Source: Promethearchaeota archaeon (GTDB lineage: Archaea; Asgardarchaeota; Lokiarchaeia; Sigyniarchaeales; SOKP01). From it: a stretch of DNA of 64,000 nucleotides. This document shows, piece by piece, positions 9,317 to 19,541 of this stretch (the stretch's first letter is position 1; each line of letters starts with the position of its first letter). The notes beneath the pieces were generated by a model, which searched no databases, had not been told where the DNA came from, and worked only from the letters and a program-made list of their open reading frames with translations. The translations under genes were made by a program, and so were the position numbers. The stretch covers positions 192,001 through 256,000 of the forward strand of contig JAHPZE010000003.1 in assembly GCA_019058365.1 (NCBI GenBank), written 5' to 3'.

Positions 9317-9766
9317 ATGGATATATGGAAAGTTTTTTTAAAATTCTCAGATGGCGAAGCTAAAGAATTAGAACTATTTGACGCTAAAGTATTTTTTGGA
9401 GGATACCTAAAGATAAAAAGAAGTTATTTTAATGCTCTTTTTAAAACAATCAAGATAACTAAAAAATATTTTACACAAAAAGCAATAGAAAAAGTAATAG
9501 GACCTAATAAAGATAACTGGACCCTTAATCCTTGGATGCTAATAATTGTTAAAGATAATGAAAAAAGAAAACCATTTTGGTTTTTCATCAAAAGAGAAAA
9601 AGATCTGTCTGGAATACTTGTCGCTATAGGACCTAAACCATTTGCAGAATTTAATAATAAAAATTTATCAGAAGCAAAACGAGAAATTAAGAGTCTGATA
9701 AATTATATTGTAGCGTATTTAAATAAGTTTAATTGCGTTATTATGCTCCCAAATTACCTTCGCTGA
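9317..9766 (+). CDS. Hypothetical protein
   Basis: 149-aa ORF starting 2 nt after the previous stop. Confidence 0.65.
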   Translation: MDIWKVFLKFSDGEAKELELFDAKVFFGGYLKIKRSYFNALFKTIKITKKYFTQKAIEKVIGPNKDNWTLNPWMLIIVKDNEKRKPFWFFIKREKDLSGILVAIGPKPFAEFNNKNLSEAKREIKSLINYIVAYLNKFNCVIMLPNYLR

Positions 9767-9959
9767 ATTATTACTATCTAAATCAGATTAATCTGATAAT
9801 ATTTTCTTTATTATTTACTTTTAATTGCTAAATTTGATGTTGAAACTTCAGAAAAATACAAAGAATATGCGAAAAATATTAAATTAAATTTTAATTATCA
9901 ATTTTAATATCAGTTAATACAGAAAATAGAACAATTTAAAATTAAATGGCCTATTAATC

Positions 9960-10769
9960 TTGAAGAAACTAAGTGTCAGAGTCATAATCTGCATACTAGT
10001 TGTGAATTTGACCATTATTCCATTCCTTTTTGCATTAAGTGGCTATGGAACAACTGAAGAAATCGATTCTAAGTTCGGAGATACACCAGTAATTGATGGA
10101 TATATTGATCTTTTTTCAGGAGAATGGAATAAAGCCATGAAAGTTCAGATTAATTTAGGAGGTTCACCTCCTAAAGGTTTACCCATTAGTTTGTGGGTTA
10201 TGCAAAATGATTTTAATCTCTATATTGCAGTACAACTTGAATTAGAACAAGGATATCATAATATCACTGAATTTATAGGACTTATTATTTCAAATAGTTC
10301 TTCTAAGGCAAAAGAAGATTTTATCGACGCGAAAATTATTCAATTTTCTAATATTTCAGTGGATAATTTTAATTATTTTGACTATCATATTAACAATAGT
10401 ATTTTTTCTATTGATACTGAAGTTAATGGTAATGGTGCTGCAAATTTGGACGGGGTTACTTCCACATATGAATTTTCTATTCCTACTAAGAATACTCTTG
10501 ATAATGTGGAAGATGTAGTATTAGATTATGGTAATGCCTATGCTTTTAATATTACTTATGGAGATGTACCCATTTATCCAAATGGAATTAAAAAAAGCAC
10601 TACAGTTCTCATAAACCTAATATCATTACCCTCTTCATTACCATCACTTACTAATATAATTTTATTTGCATTTTGTATAGTAGTTTTTAGCATTATAGGA
10701 ATTCTCTACGGGTTTTACATATATAAAATTTTGAGATTGAAAGCATTTATTAAAAGAGTAAAACGGTAA
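9960..10769 (+). CDS. Exported, C-terminally membrane-anchored protein (CBM9/DOMON-like beta-sandwich)
   Basis: N-terminal hydrophobic signal, PVIDG...EW, NLYIAV, YEFSIP, C-terminal TM followed by basic residues, several NxS/T sequons. Confidence 0.7.
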   Translation: MKKLSVRVIICILVVNLTIIPFLFALSGYGTTEEIDSKFGDTPVIDGYIDLFSGEWNKAMKVQINLGGSPPKGLPISLWVMQNDFNLYIAVQLELEQGYHNITEFIGLIISNSSSKAKEDFIDAKIIQFSNISVDNFNYFDYHINNSIFSIDTEVNGNGAANLDGVTSTYEFSIPTKNTLDNVEDVVLDYGNAYAFNITYGDVPIYPNGIKKSTTVLINLISLPSSLPSLTNIILFAFCIVVFSIIGILYGFYIYKILRLKAFIKRVKR

Positions 10770-10770
10770 A

Positions 10771-11187
10771 ATGTCAAAAATTCCTAAACAACAAGAAAAG
10801 GAGCTAAAATCAAAGGAAAAATATCGATCTAACGAAAAATTTGCATATAGATCGGTAGTAATCTCAGCCATTTTAGGAGGAATTTTTTTTATTATATCTC
10901 TCCTCTTTAATACTGGATTTATAACTATTTTTATGAATAAAGATATATTTTGGAATTTTATTGATATCACAATTAAGGTATTAGCTATTATGTTTTTTTT
11001 TTTGTTTATGATAACGAGTATTGGAAATTATAAAGAATTAATTGGTAAACCATTAAATTGGAAAGAATTACTTTTTCTATTCTTGCTTTCTATTGGGCAA
11101 ACTATCTTAAATATTTGGGTTTTTACTTTTACGCTTTTTGGACTTGCAATCATACTAATCTACCTATATATAGTCCAAGAGTTTTAA
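10771..11187 (+). CDS. Small multi-pass membrane protein
   Basis: About 4 hydrophobic segments; 1 nt after the previous stop. Confidence 0.7.
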   Translation: MSKIPKQQEKELKSKEKYRSNEKFAYRSVVISAILGGIFFIISLLFNTGFITIFMNKDIFWNFIDITIKVLAIMFFFLFMITSIGNYKELIGKPLNWKELLFLFLLSIGQTILNIWVFTFTLFGLAIILIYLYIVQEF

Positions 11188-11212
11188 AACAGAACTTTTC
11201 ATAAAGTTAAAA

Positions 11213-11956
11213 ATGGGTTCGGAAATCTTATTCATTGGACATAGAGGAACTAGAACTAGTTTTGATGAAAATACTGTAGAAGCATTTAGAAAAGCTATAG
11301 AATTTGGGGCGGAATATATTGAATTTGATGTCCGGAAAACTAAAGATAAAGAACTTATTATTCTGCATGATTCATCTTTAAATAGAACCACAAATGGCTC
11401 TGGGAAACTAAAAAACTTCAATTATAATGAAATTAAAAAATATAGAACTAAAAATCATAAATGTGCCATTCCACTCTTATCAGAAGTCTTAGAAGAATTA
11501 AAAGGAGGAATAAAGTTTATAATTGAGTTAAAAGAAGATGATTTAACTGATGGAATTCTAGAAATAGTTAACAATTTCAATATATTTGAAGAATGTATAT
11601 TTAGTGGGAGAAATTTAATAGATTTACAAGAAATTAAAAAGATCTATCCAAAAAGTAGAATATGCTATAATCTTACTAAAGGAGTGGGTTTCAAAATCAA
11701 AGATTTTTTGAGATTAGGGAGATTTAAACAATTAGAATTTAAACCAGATTTAATAAATCTACGGTCAAATCTAATATCTTCAGAATTTATTGAAATTTGC
11801 CATAATAATAATATTAAATCTTTAGCATGGGACTTTATCTCATATAAAAATCCAATATTTCAGATTAAATCTCTAATTAATTTAGGTATTGATGGGATTT
11901 TATTTGATAATCATAGAAATATTACAAAAATTAAAAGCTGGGTTAGCTCAACTTAA
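11213..11956 (+). CDS. Glycerophosphodiester phosphodiesterase
   Basis: GHRG, ENT, IEFDVR.TKD, ILHD..LNRTT, IELK, GIDGILFD. Confidence 0.93.
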   Translation: MGSEILFIGHRGTRTSFDENTVEAFRKAIEFGAEYIEFDVRKTKDKELIILHDSSLNRTTNGSGKLKNFNYNEIKKYRTKNHKCAIPLLSEVLEELKGGIKFIIELKEDDLTDGILEIVNNFNIFEECIFSGRNLIDLQEIKKIYPKSRICYNLTKGVGFKIKDFLRLGRFKQLEFKPDLINLRSNLISSEFIEICHNNNIKSLAWDFISYKNPIFQIKSLINLGIDGILFDNHRNITKIKSWVSST

Positions 11957-14013
11957 TTATCTATCTTAATCCTTGAAATCCCATTAGGTAAATATAAAAT
12001 AATTTCATCTATAGATAATAATTTAACCCAAATTCTTAAATCTTTATCAGTGTTTTTTATAAAAAAAGATTTGATCTCTTTAGCTAGTTTTCCTTTGGTA
12101 AAACCACTTGATTTTGAGGGTATAATATTTACTACATATTTAGTTTGCTTTTTTATTGCCGATTCCGGACCAGAAATGATTTTTGGGTAAAAAGCTTTAC
12201 TTATTTCAGTTAAATCCACTTTTAAATCAATAATTTTTAATCCTATTGTCAATTCAGTCTTTGCATTTTTAATAAAATTCTTTTTACCAGAAATAATAAA
12301 AGACCCTTTCGGTAAAAACTCACCTGAAGGAGGACTTTTTGAAATTTGATTTGGGTGTACATAAAATATATCAACAACGCCCCAGTTTTCTTTCCATGCT
12401 CTTGAATAACTTGCTACAAAATCAGCAGTTTCCTGAATAGTATTTAATGGAATTTCTTTATCTTCTGTGTTTTTAATTACTACTAATGGAGAGCCAGGGA
12501 AGTTAGTATGAAATATTAGATCTTTTGCTTCGATATAATTTTTAAAAATAGTTTCATTCGAACTAGCATCTCTTCCACCGATAATTAGAAACCCATCAGA
12601 AGATATAAACCATCTATACTTCTCATACCATTTTTTCTTTGGCTTTTTAATGAGGAAATCAACTTCGGCTTCAATTAACTCTTTTTCAAGTTTTAAATTG
12701 TCAATTTTCTTTTTAGTTTTTTCAATAGCGATTATAGTTCCTTGTATTTTTTTCTCAGCTTTTTTACCCTTGGAGTATATATAATTAGCATTTTGTCCAA
12801 TACTTTTTTTTAAGTCAATGTAAACATTATAGTCATTAACTCTTATTAATAGTTGATTAGTTGAAGGAATCACTTTTTCGTAGAATTCCGTTCCATTTAA
12901 AGATCCCAACTTTGCAGTTTGCAGTTTATTATTAATTTCTTCCCATTGATAACCTTTTTTTTTTGCTTCCAATATTACAGAATATAATTTTTCTAACGAA
13001 TTTAAATTAGTGTATATTGTTTCTCCAATTTCGTAATATTTTTTCTTTTTAATCTTAAGCTCCTCAAGATATCCCTTTTGATTTTGTAAAATTTTTTCTT
13101 GAGATTTAATTTGATCATCAATTCTTTGATCCTTTGGACTCTTTAAGGCTTCAGAATCTATTTTAGAAAAAAATTCATCAACAGCTTCATTAAATGTAAC
13201 AAAATGTTTTTTATCGTAATCTCTAAGGATTTCAAGATTAAAAGGAAGTACAGATATTTGATTCTCTTGTTGATCAAAAATGATTTGAGCATCAATTTTG
13301 CCAAATAATAATTGATTTCTTAAATTTTTAAAAGAATCATATAAATTTTGGTATTCTTCATCAGAAAGGTTTTTTCCAAGAAGTTTTTTATCAATTTTTC
13401 CTCTATGACATATTTCTTCACTATATAAACCAGATATGTGGATATTTCTTGAAAGATCTCTCACAATTTCAATTTCAGAGTTTTTAAATAAATCTTTAAA
13501 ATCTTCTTTATTCAACGTAATAAAATTCTTTCCTTGACTTTTAGGAAAAAAATATTCTTTTTTAGCAAGGAGCTCTCTCTCTCTAAATATTCTATATTTT
13601 TTTGCAATTTTAATAATATTATTTTCATCGATAAGGAGAAAATTTCCCTTATTAAATAATTCTATTACAAATTTCCAAGGTTTATTTTCCTTATTGCTTA
13701 ATTCGATTATGATGATTCGATCAAATTGGTGTTGGGAAATTTTTAATATCCTACGATTTCTTAAAAGTTTTCTTAAAGATCCAATATATTGACTGGGATA
13801 ATTTGGAACAGGATAATCATAATCTGTTAAATTTATCCGAGAATCTTTTTTAATAATTAAATTTTTCTTTCCAAAATTAGTATTGATTTTAATTATCAAT
13901 AAATCTTCTATTTCATAGATATTTAATATTGTACCATTAGTCAATATTAAATCTAATTCTTTGACAATAACAAATACGTCAAAATTAGAAAATTCTTTGG
14001 TTATATTAATCAT
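11953..14013 (-). CDS. rqcH: Ribosome quality-control factor RqcH/NEMF (NFACT family)
   Basis: LRKLLRN, QFDRII, ELFNKGN, WYEKYRWFISSDGFLIIGGRDASSNE, SKSPPSGEFLPKGSF. Confidence 0.93.
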   Translation of the reverse strand: MINITKEFSNFDVFVIVKELDLILTNGTILNIYEIEDLLIIKINTNFGKKNLIIKKDSRINLTDYDYPVPNYPSQYIGSLRKLLRNRRILKISQHQFDRIIIIELSNKENKPWKFVIELFNKGNFLLIDENNIIKIAKKYRIFRERELLAKKEYFFPKSQGKNFITLNKEDFKDLFKNSEIEIVRDLSRNIHISGLYSEEICHRGKIDKKLLGKNLSDEEYQNLYDSFKNLRNQLLFGKIDAQIIFDQQENQISVLPFNLEILRDYDKKHFVTFNEAVDEFFSKIDSEALKSPKDQRIDDQIKSQEKILQNQKGYLEELKIKKKKYYEIGETIYTNLNSLEKLYSVILEAKKKGYQWEEINNKLQTAKLGSLNGTEFYEKVIPSTNQLLIRVNDYNVYIDLKKSIGQNANYIYSKGKKAEKKIQGTIIAIEKTKKKIDNLKLEKELIEAEVDFLIKKPKKKWYEKYRWFISSDGFLIIGGRDASSNETIFKNYIEAKDLIFHTNFPGSPLVVIKNTEDKEIPLNTIQETADFVASYSRAWKENWGVVDIFYVHPNQISKSPPSGEFLPKGSFIISGKKNFIKNAKTELTIGLKIIDLKVDLTEISKAFYPKIISGPESAIKKQTKYVVNIIPSKSSGFTKGKLAKEIKSFFIKNTDKDLRIWVKLLSIDEIILYLPNGISRIKIDN

Positions 14014-14085
14014 ATTATGTTTAAATCCTTATTTATCAATAATATATAATGATTTTTATAATAAATAATATTTATAATAATAATT

Positions 14086-14526
14086 ATGGGAAAGCGCAAG
14101 AAGGTAGATATTAAAAAAAGAAGACATAAATTACTAAGAAACAAGAAGAAAGAACTACAGAAAAAGACAATTCAAACTGAAAAAAAACCATTAACAATTT
14201 TGGATCTTCGATTAGAAAAGGAAACAAAGTTATATTGGATTCGGGCACTTACTGGAGCGTTAAGTGCAATCATAGGAAGACTTCTATTTGGATTAATAGG
14301 GTGGTTTATGTTTCTATGGATGCTAATTTGGTGGTTCTTATTTCCTTTCGTAGTTAGTTTTATAATTTATAATTATGAATATGATAAAGAAGAGTGGAAT
14401 TGGAAAAATATAATTCTTCCAGGTATAGGTATGTTTTTCTTCTTGTTTATGATTTTCGGTGTTTTTTTTCATACAATACTTAATTTTATACCGAAATTTT
14501 CATCAGTCCTAGAGTTATTTCTATAA
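14086..14526 (+). CDS. Three-TM EMC6/Rab5ip(OPTI)-like membrane protein
   Basis: Basic N-terminus, then LYWIRALTGALSAIIGRLLFGLIG... and a final TM GIGMFFFLFMIFGVFFHT; resembles the EMC6 pattern. Confidence 0.6.
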   Translation: MGKRKKVDIKKRRHKLLRNKKKELQKKTIQTEKKPLTILDLRLEKETKLYWIRALTGALSAIIGRLLFGLIGWFMFLWMLIWWFLFPFVVSFIIYNYEYDKEEWNWKNIILPGIGMFFFLFMIFGVFFHTILNFIPKFSSVLELFL

Positions 14527-14543
14527 GAATAATCTTTTCATCT

Positions 14544-15050
14544 TTATAATTGTATTCTTTGTATTATTTTTTTCTCTTTCTTTTCTTTTGAAGTAAATAC
14601 GATTTCTTCTAGTTTGTAAATCCTTTCACAATATAAGCACTGAATTTTTAAAGGTTTTCCTTCAAGAACCATGAACTCAGTTGATATGGGTTCTTTTTCT
14701 GAATTTGAAATGCATGTTTCATTGATACATAATATTAATTTTTTAATTGTTTTTGGAAGTTCCACTTTTTTCTTTTCAATGACTTTATAATTTTCAATTA
14801 AAGAAATTGTAGCATTAGGAGATAATATAGATATCTGTTGCATTTGTGTTTCATTCAAAAAAACATTCTCAATTTTTATTATATCTTTTGTTTGATATTT
14901 CTTTGATGAAACATTAACTCCAATGGTCATTAAATTTTTAGATTCATCAATACCAGTAAGATTGAGAATTGTTAAAGCATACCCCGCATCTATATGATCA
15001 ATAACAGTACCTTTAGATATTTTATCAATTTTTAATTTTTCTTCTAACAT
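14544..15050 (-). CDS. pyrI: Aspartate carbamoyltransferase regulatory chain
   Basis: GTVIDHI, KDIIKIE, PNAT, C-x-N-x-x-C-I-S and CLYCER zinc ligands. Confidence 0.95.
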   Translation of the reverse strand: MLEEKLKIDKISKGTVIDHIDAGYALTILNLTGIDESKNLMTIGVNVSSKKYQTKDIIKIENVFLNETQMQQISILSPNATISLIENYKVIEKKKVELPKTIKKLILCINETCISNSEKEPISTEFMVLEGKPLKIQCLYCERIYKLEEIVFTSKEKKEKKIIQRIQL

Positions 15051-15115
15051 TTCCTTAAAAAAAAATTACCTTAATTGAAAAAATTTTTGATAATTTCAAA
15101 ATAAAATGATTTTCT

Positions 15116-16186
15116 TCATAATAATGGAATTGAAATAAAAAATAAAATGGCTGACAAAAAGAAATTATAAGATAAATTGTCATCAATCTCTAAATCTAAA
15201 TAATCCAATAATCCAATTATCAATGCGCCCACTAAGGGAATTAAAAAGAACCCTAATAAGCTAAATCGACAAAAACTTCTTAGCAAATATAATAAAACCA
15301 ATCCAGATATGAAGGCAATAATAATACCAGAAATTAATCCTTCATAGGTTTTATTTGTTTTTCTAATTCTTCTGAGGCCTATAGTCCTACCTATTAAATT
15401 AGATGTTATATCTCCAAAAATAGACATCACCATTGAAGTACAAATGATTACTGGACCTATTGGTTGAATTAATCCATAAATAATTATTATCGAAAAACAT
15501 CCAATACTCATTGAAATGTGAGGTCCTAACCTTAAATGTAATTCTTTTTCTCTTAATAATTGATTGACTGGTTTTAAAGGGTACATCTCAGGTGTTAATA
15601 TTCTTACTATATCAGCAGTTAATAAACCTAATAAGGAAATTCCAACTAAAAAAATTACCAAATTTTGTGTAAAAACCATTATATCCCCTCCAATATGAAA
15701 TAACTTTGAAATGAAATCAGGTATGTATTCTAAAATATATACAAAAAAATTTTGGATTAAAAATCCAAGTGTAAAATAAAAAAAAACAATTCCTAAAACC
15801 ACTAAATGTGTTAATTTTCTATATATATCAAATTTAAGAGGGAGTTCTGTAAATGATGGTGGTTCACTCTTATTCCCTCTATATTTAACATTTTTAACTC
15901 TATGTTTCTCTCGAGAAATGAAAAGATAGAAGAGAGGAAGATAAAAACCAATAGAGCCGATTAGTAAAATATTAAATGGAAAAACTAAGAATTCTTTATT
16001 GGAGAGGTTTAAAAATTTTTTCAGTATGAGATTAGCTGTAATTGACGTTATTAGAATAAACCCGTTTGCTAAATTATTTATAAATGCCCCCTTTTCTTTA
16101 TTTTTTCTTGCTAAATACGTAATATACAAAATAATAAACCCATAAGTATACAGAATACTAACAATTATTATCGAAAAAATATTCAA
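15116..16186 (-). CDS. CTP-dependent polyprenol/diacylglycerol kinase family membrane protein (dolichol/phytol kinase, Dgk1-like)
   Basis: RKLTH, GD..S.LIG..IG, KTYEG, IDDNL, many TMs. Confidence 0.82.
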   Translation of the reverse strand: MNIFSIIIVSILYTYGFIILYITYLARKNKEKGAFINNLANGFILITSITANLILKKFLNLSNKEFLVFPFNILLIGSIGFYLPLFYLFISREKHRVKNVKYRGNKSEPPSFTELPLKFDIYRKLTHLVVLGIVFFYFTLGFLIQNFFVYILEYIPDFISKLFHIGGDIMVFTQNLVIFLVGISLLGLLTADIVRILTPEMYPLKPVNQLLREKELHLRLGPHISMSIGCFSIIIIYGLIQPIGPVIICTSMVMSIFGDITSNLIGRTIGLRRIRKTNKTYEGLISGIIIAFISGLVLLYLLRSFCRFSLLGFFLIPLVGALIIGLLDYLDLEIDDNLSYNFFLSAILFFISIPLL

Positions 16187-16406
16187 TAACGACCAAACTC
16201 ATGAAATTTTAATATTTAAAGGTTTTATTTTTTTTAATATTTTCTTGATGACTAAAGAGTTAAAATATAAAAAAAAATAATTGACATTTATTGATTAAAG
16301 CCAATTCTTCTGAGAGTAAAGTCTTTTGAAATGTTTGAGATTTTTAAATCCTTTAATAAAGTTATAGAAAGAGATAATTAAAATATAATAAAAAGTATAA
16401 AGAGAG

Positions 16407-16811
16407 CTAGCGCCCTTCAAAAATTTTATAGAGATTTTTTGCCGCAATTCTCATTACTTTTACAGTCTTCATTAGTGTATCAATTATAGTTCCAGCGCAT
16501 ACAATCACTAATCTTCCAGCGTTAGTAATAACAATATAACCATTTTCTGCTCTTACTATTATCTCACTTAAATCTTCTTGGAATAAAGTCTGGATTGTTG
16601 ATCTCCCCGTCATTAACAATGCGCTAGCGAGTCCGCAGAATTGGTCCCCGTCAACATGATATTGTGGTAAAGCAGAGAAAGCAATTTGATATCCTTCAAA
16701 ACTTACAAGTGCGATTGCTTCAATATCTGCATTGGAGGTTATAAATGTAATTTGAGGACTTATTTTTTCGATATCATCTTGATTGATTCCTAAATCAGAC
16801 CCAAATTGAAT
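16407..16811 (-). CDS. Roadblock/LC7 domain protein (probable ATT start at 16811; track ORF covers only 16407-16619)
   Basis: Open frame extends upstream: IQFGSD...NADIEAIALVSFEGYQIAFSALP...DQFCGLASALL...LSEIIVRAENGYIVITNAG, a full roadblock fold; AAGGTG SD about 8 nt upstream of ATT. Confidence 0.85.
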   Translation of the reverse strand: MQFGSDLGINQDDIEKISPQITFITSNADIEAIALVSFEGYQIAFSALPQYHVDGDQFCGLASALLMTGRSTIQTLFQEDLSEIIVRAENGYIVITNAGRLVIVCAGTIIDTLMKTVKVMRIAAKNLYKIFEGR

Positions 16812-17234
16812 AAATCCACACCTTTAGTGCTTTTAGGTTTTATAAATATTATTATAATTATAATAATTTTTATCTTATTATATTTTTATTTTTAACATTT
16901 GAAGTTTCTTTTAGGTTGAAATTAATAAAATAAGACCTAAGATTTAATATAACGTTCTAACTAGGATATTGATCTCTTCTATGATTATTCTTATAAATCA
17001 CAATTTGTAAATACCTAAAAAAATATCTAATATACTATTCAACAAAATTATCTTAACCCTACTATAATATTTTTATACAAGTACTTTATTTACTATTCAA
17101 AAGTAAATTTTAATATTTTATAATCTTAAAAATATTTAACGCAACCTTTGAGTTTTTTTAAAGGGTTTGTGAATGAAATTTTTATACTTAAAATTAATTG
17201 ATTAATAATTACGAGATATTAATGAAATCAGATT

Positions 17235-19541
17235 ATGATAACCACACGTGAATCTATAAGTTATCAGTACTCATTGATTTTTGGATATGCGTCTCCAAAT
17301 GATGTTGTTGTTGGAGATGTAATTGGTGTTGGAAGGCTAACGAGAAAAAAAGTGAATGAACTATCGCAAGAAGTTATTAAATATTTAACAATGTATAATG
17401 CGATTTTAAGGGATTATACAGGAGCTGAACTATTTAGTATTGAGTTTGATTTATACAACGTTGATGAAAAAAGTGCTCGAATTAATATTTACCCAAAATC
17501 AATGATATTCATACCAGGTAAATTTAAGGACTGTGAAAGTCTATTGCTTGCTTTAAAACCTGAGACTGGGGTTTTAGATATACATAAATCTAGAGAATCA
17601 TTGAATAATATAAGTAAACTATTTTTTGAAGTAGAAGAGTTTTCTAATCGCCCAGAATTAAGGAAAGAAAATAAAGAACAAGTATATGACAAATTTGCTA
17701 CTAGATTTAATAAAAAACTTTATGGAGAACTAGTCGAAGATAAATGGAACAAGAAATTGATTGGTTTAAGTAAAACTCTGCCAACAGAAAAAGAAATGTT
17801 GAATACATATGCTAAGGTTATCTCTAACGTTGAGGTTTTATGGTATAAAAAACCAATGGAGATTAAATTTTTAAATCCGAAATTTCAAAAATTTAAAGCA
17901 CCTTTTAGTGGGCAACAAGCTATTGAACATCTTAAGTTTTCAATATCCGAACCAAGTGCTAATTTTATTGTAGACAAGACTTTAGATTTAGGCACTAATC
18001 TAATTAATTTAGCAAATACCGGAACTTTAGATGAATCTCAAGATGAATTAATTATTTTTATAATTAATCATATTAACCTTAAGATAAGAGAATATATTGA
18101 ACCTCAAACAGCAGAATGGCTTGTATCCAATGTAAATAAGTTATTAAATGATTTACAAGAATTTTTAAATAAATTTTTAGAATATTCTAGGAATTTCCTC
18201 GGTACCGGTGAAATGGGGAATTTAAATGAATTACTTCGCAAATATGAACATTTTATATTAAATAAAGCAAAATTAGAAGGCGAAAATTTCGAGAATATCT
18301 GTAAAATAACAGAAAAATTTATCGAACAATCAATAACTCAAAAAGAAAGTTTGCGAATAATAGAATTGAGTTCTGTTTTCAACTATTTTTCAGAAATTAT
18401 CAATGCAAGTCTTAATTTAATTAGAAAATCACTTCCAAAATATCTTTCTTATCGTCGATTAAAAACTCGAACTATAGAATTGATAGAAAATTTAGAGGAA
18501 AAATTTAATCAGGAACAAAAACCAGCAAAGGTTTTAGGGCAGAAATTAATAAGAAAATTTAAAGAATTTCTTTTTAACCAAATTGAAACACACTCAATTA
18601 TACTAAGAAAGGATCTTAAATTTAATGAAAAAGAACTCATAAATGAGTTTAATTTGTTAGTGAATAAGAATGCTGACATTTTTTTTAACGAAGTAGCTTT
18701 AAATATAGATGATTTAGTATCTTTTGCAGAAATCCAGATGGAATCCAATATAAATAGTATAAGTAATCACATAGAAAAATTTAAAAAATTTTCAAGAGAA
18801 TTAAACTATTTATTAAGCTACGTTCTAAGGCATTCTACGATAAGCCGTTATATTAAGGAAGAACCTGATAAGGAAATCAGTGATCCTGTAACATTTTCAA
18901 ATAGATTTCATAGATTTTTAGAAAAGAGAATTGGAGGTATAAATTTAGAATGGAAATTTTATATACTTGAGTGGATTAAAGATTATTCTAAGAAATATCT
19001 TAAACCAGAAGAACAAAGAACGTGGACATTAACGGAAGTATATGATGATTTTATTGGATATTTTGAAGAGAGAGAATTAAATGAGCAAAAAATCGAAAAT
19101 TTCTTAAAATTCTTAGATAATTACATTCCAAAATTAACAAATCCCGAAGAGAGAAAATTATTGCTTGAATTTTATAAAAATTATGAACTTAGTATTGATA
19201 TCAATATTGAATTTCCAAAGTACATCAAAAATAGTATTAAAAATGAGTTAAAGAATCTAAATCCACAATTGGAAAATATCCTTCCTTTTAATTATTTTTA
19301 TCTAAATGAGGATGAGACCTTCTACAATTATGTTAAAAATTCAGAATTAAAATACTTTTCAAAATTAATTCCAAGACCTTTAACTATAACTTTAAAACAC
19401 ATTTTAACAAATGAAGAAAAAGAATTATTTAAAGGAGAGCTTTTTCATGTAATAGATTTCAAATTTTGGCACGATAATGCTAGATTTGAATTATCAGATA
19501 ATTTTAATGAAGTTTATAGAGAATGGGTGAGAGATTTATGA
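17235..19541 (+). CDS. Large hypothetical protein (768 aa, mostly helical)
   Basis: Long ORF, no recognised motif. Confidence 0.8.
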   Translation: MITTRESISYQYSLIFGYASPNDVVVGDVIGVGRLTRKKVNELSQEVIKYLTMYNAILRDYTGAELFSIEFDLYNVDEKSARINIYPKSMIFIPGKFKDCESLLLALKPETGVLDIHKSRESLNNISKLFFEVEEFSNRPELRKENKEQVYDKFATRFNKKLYGELVEDKWNKKLIGLSKTLPTEKEMLNTYAKVISNVEVLWYKKPMEIKFLNPKFQKFKAPFSGQQAIEHLKFSISEPSANFIVDKTLDLGTNLINLANTGTLDESQDELIIFIINHINLKIREYIEPQTAEWLVSNVNKLLNDLQEFLNKFLEYSRNFLGTGEMGNLNELLRKYEHFILNKAKLEGENFENICKITEKFIEQSITQKESLRIIELSSVFNYFSEIINASLNLIRKSLPKYLSYRRLKTRTIELIENLEEKFNQEQKPAKVLGQKLIRKFKEFLFNQIETHSIILRKDLKFNEKELINEFNLLVNKNADIFFNEVALNIDDLVSFAEIQMESNINSISNHIEKFKKFSRELNYLLSYVLRHSTISRYIKEEPDKEISDPVTFSNRFHRFLEKRIGGINLEWKFYILEWIKDYSKKYLKPEEQRTWTLTEVYDDFIGYFEERELNEQKIENFLKFLDNYIPKLTNPEERKLLLEFYKNYELSIDINIEFPKYIKNSIKNELKNLNPQLENILPFNYFYLNEDETFYNYVKNSELKYFSKLIPRPLTITLKHILTNEEKELFKGELFHVIDFKFWHDNARFELSDNFNEVYREWVRDL

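Noticed and set aside
14544-15050. pyrI without adjacent pyrB
   Set aside because: Split pyr genes are common; not informative from one window
16830-17234. Long AT-rich intergenic region with scattered AGGTT/AACCT words (also 23111-23578) as origin, CRISPR or ncRNA
   Set aside because: No regularly spaced or sufficiently long repeats, and no GC-rich stems
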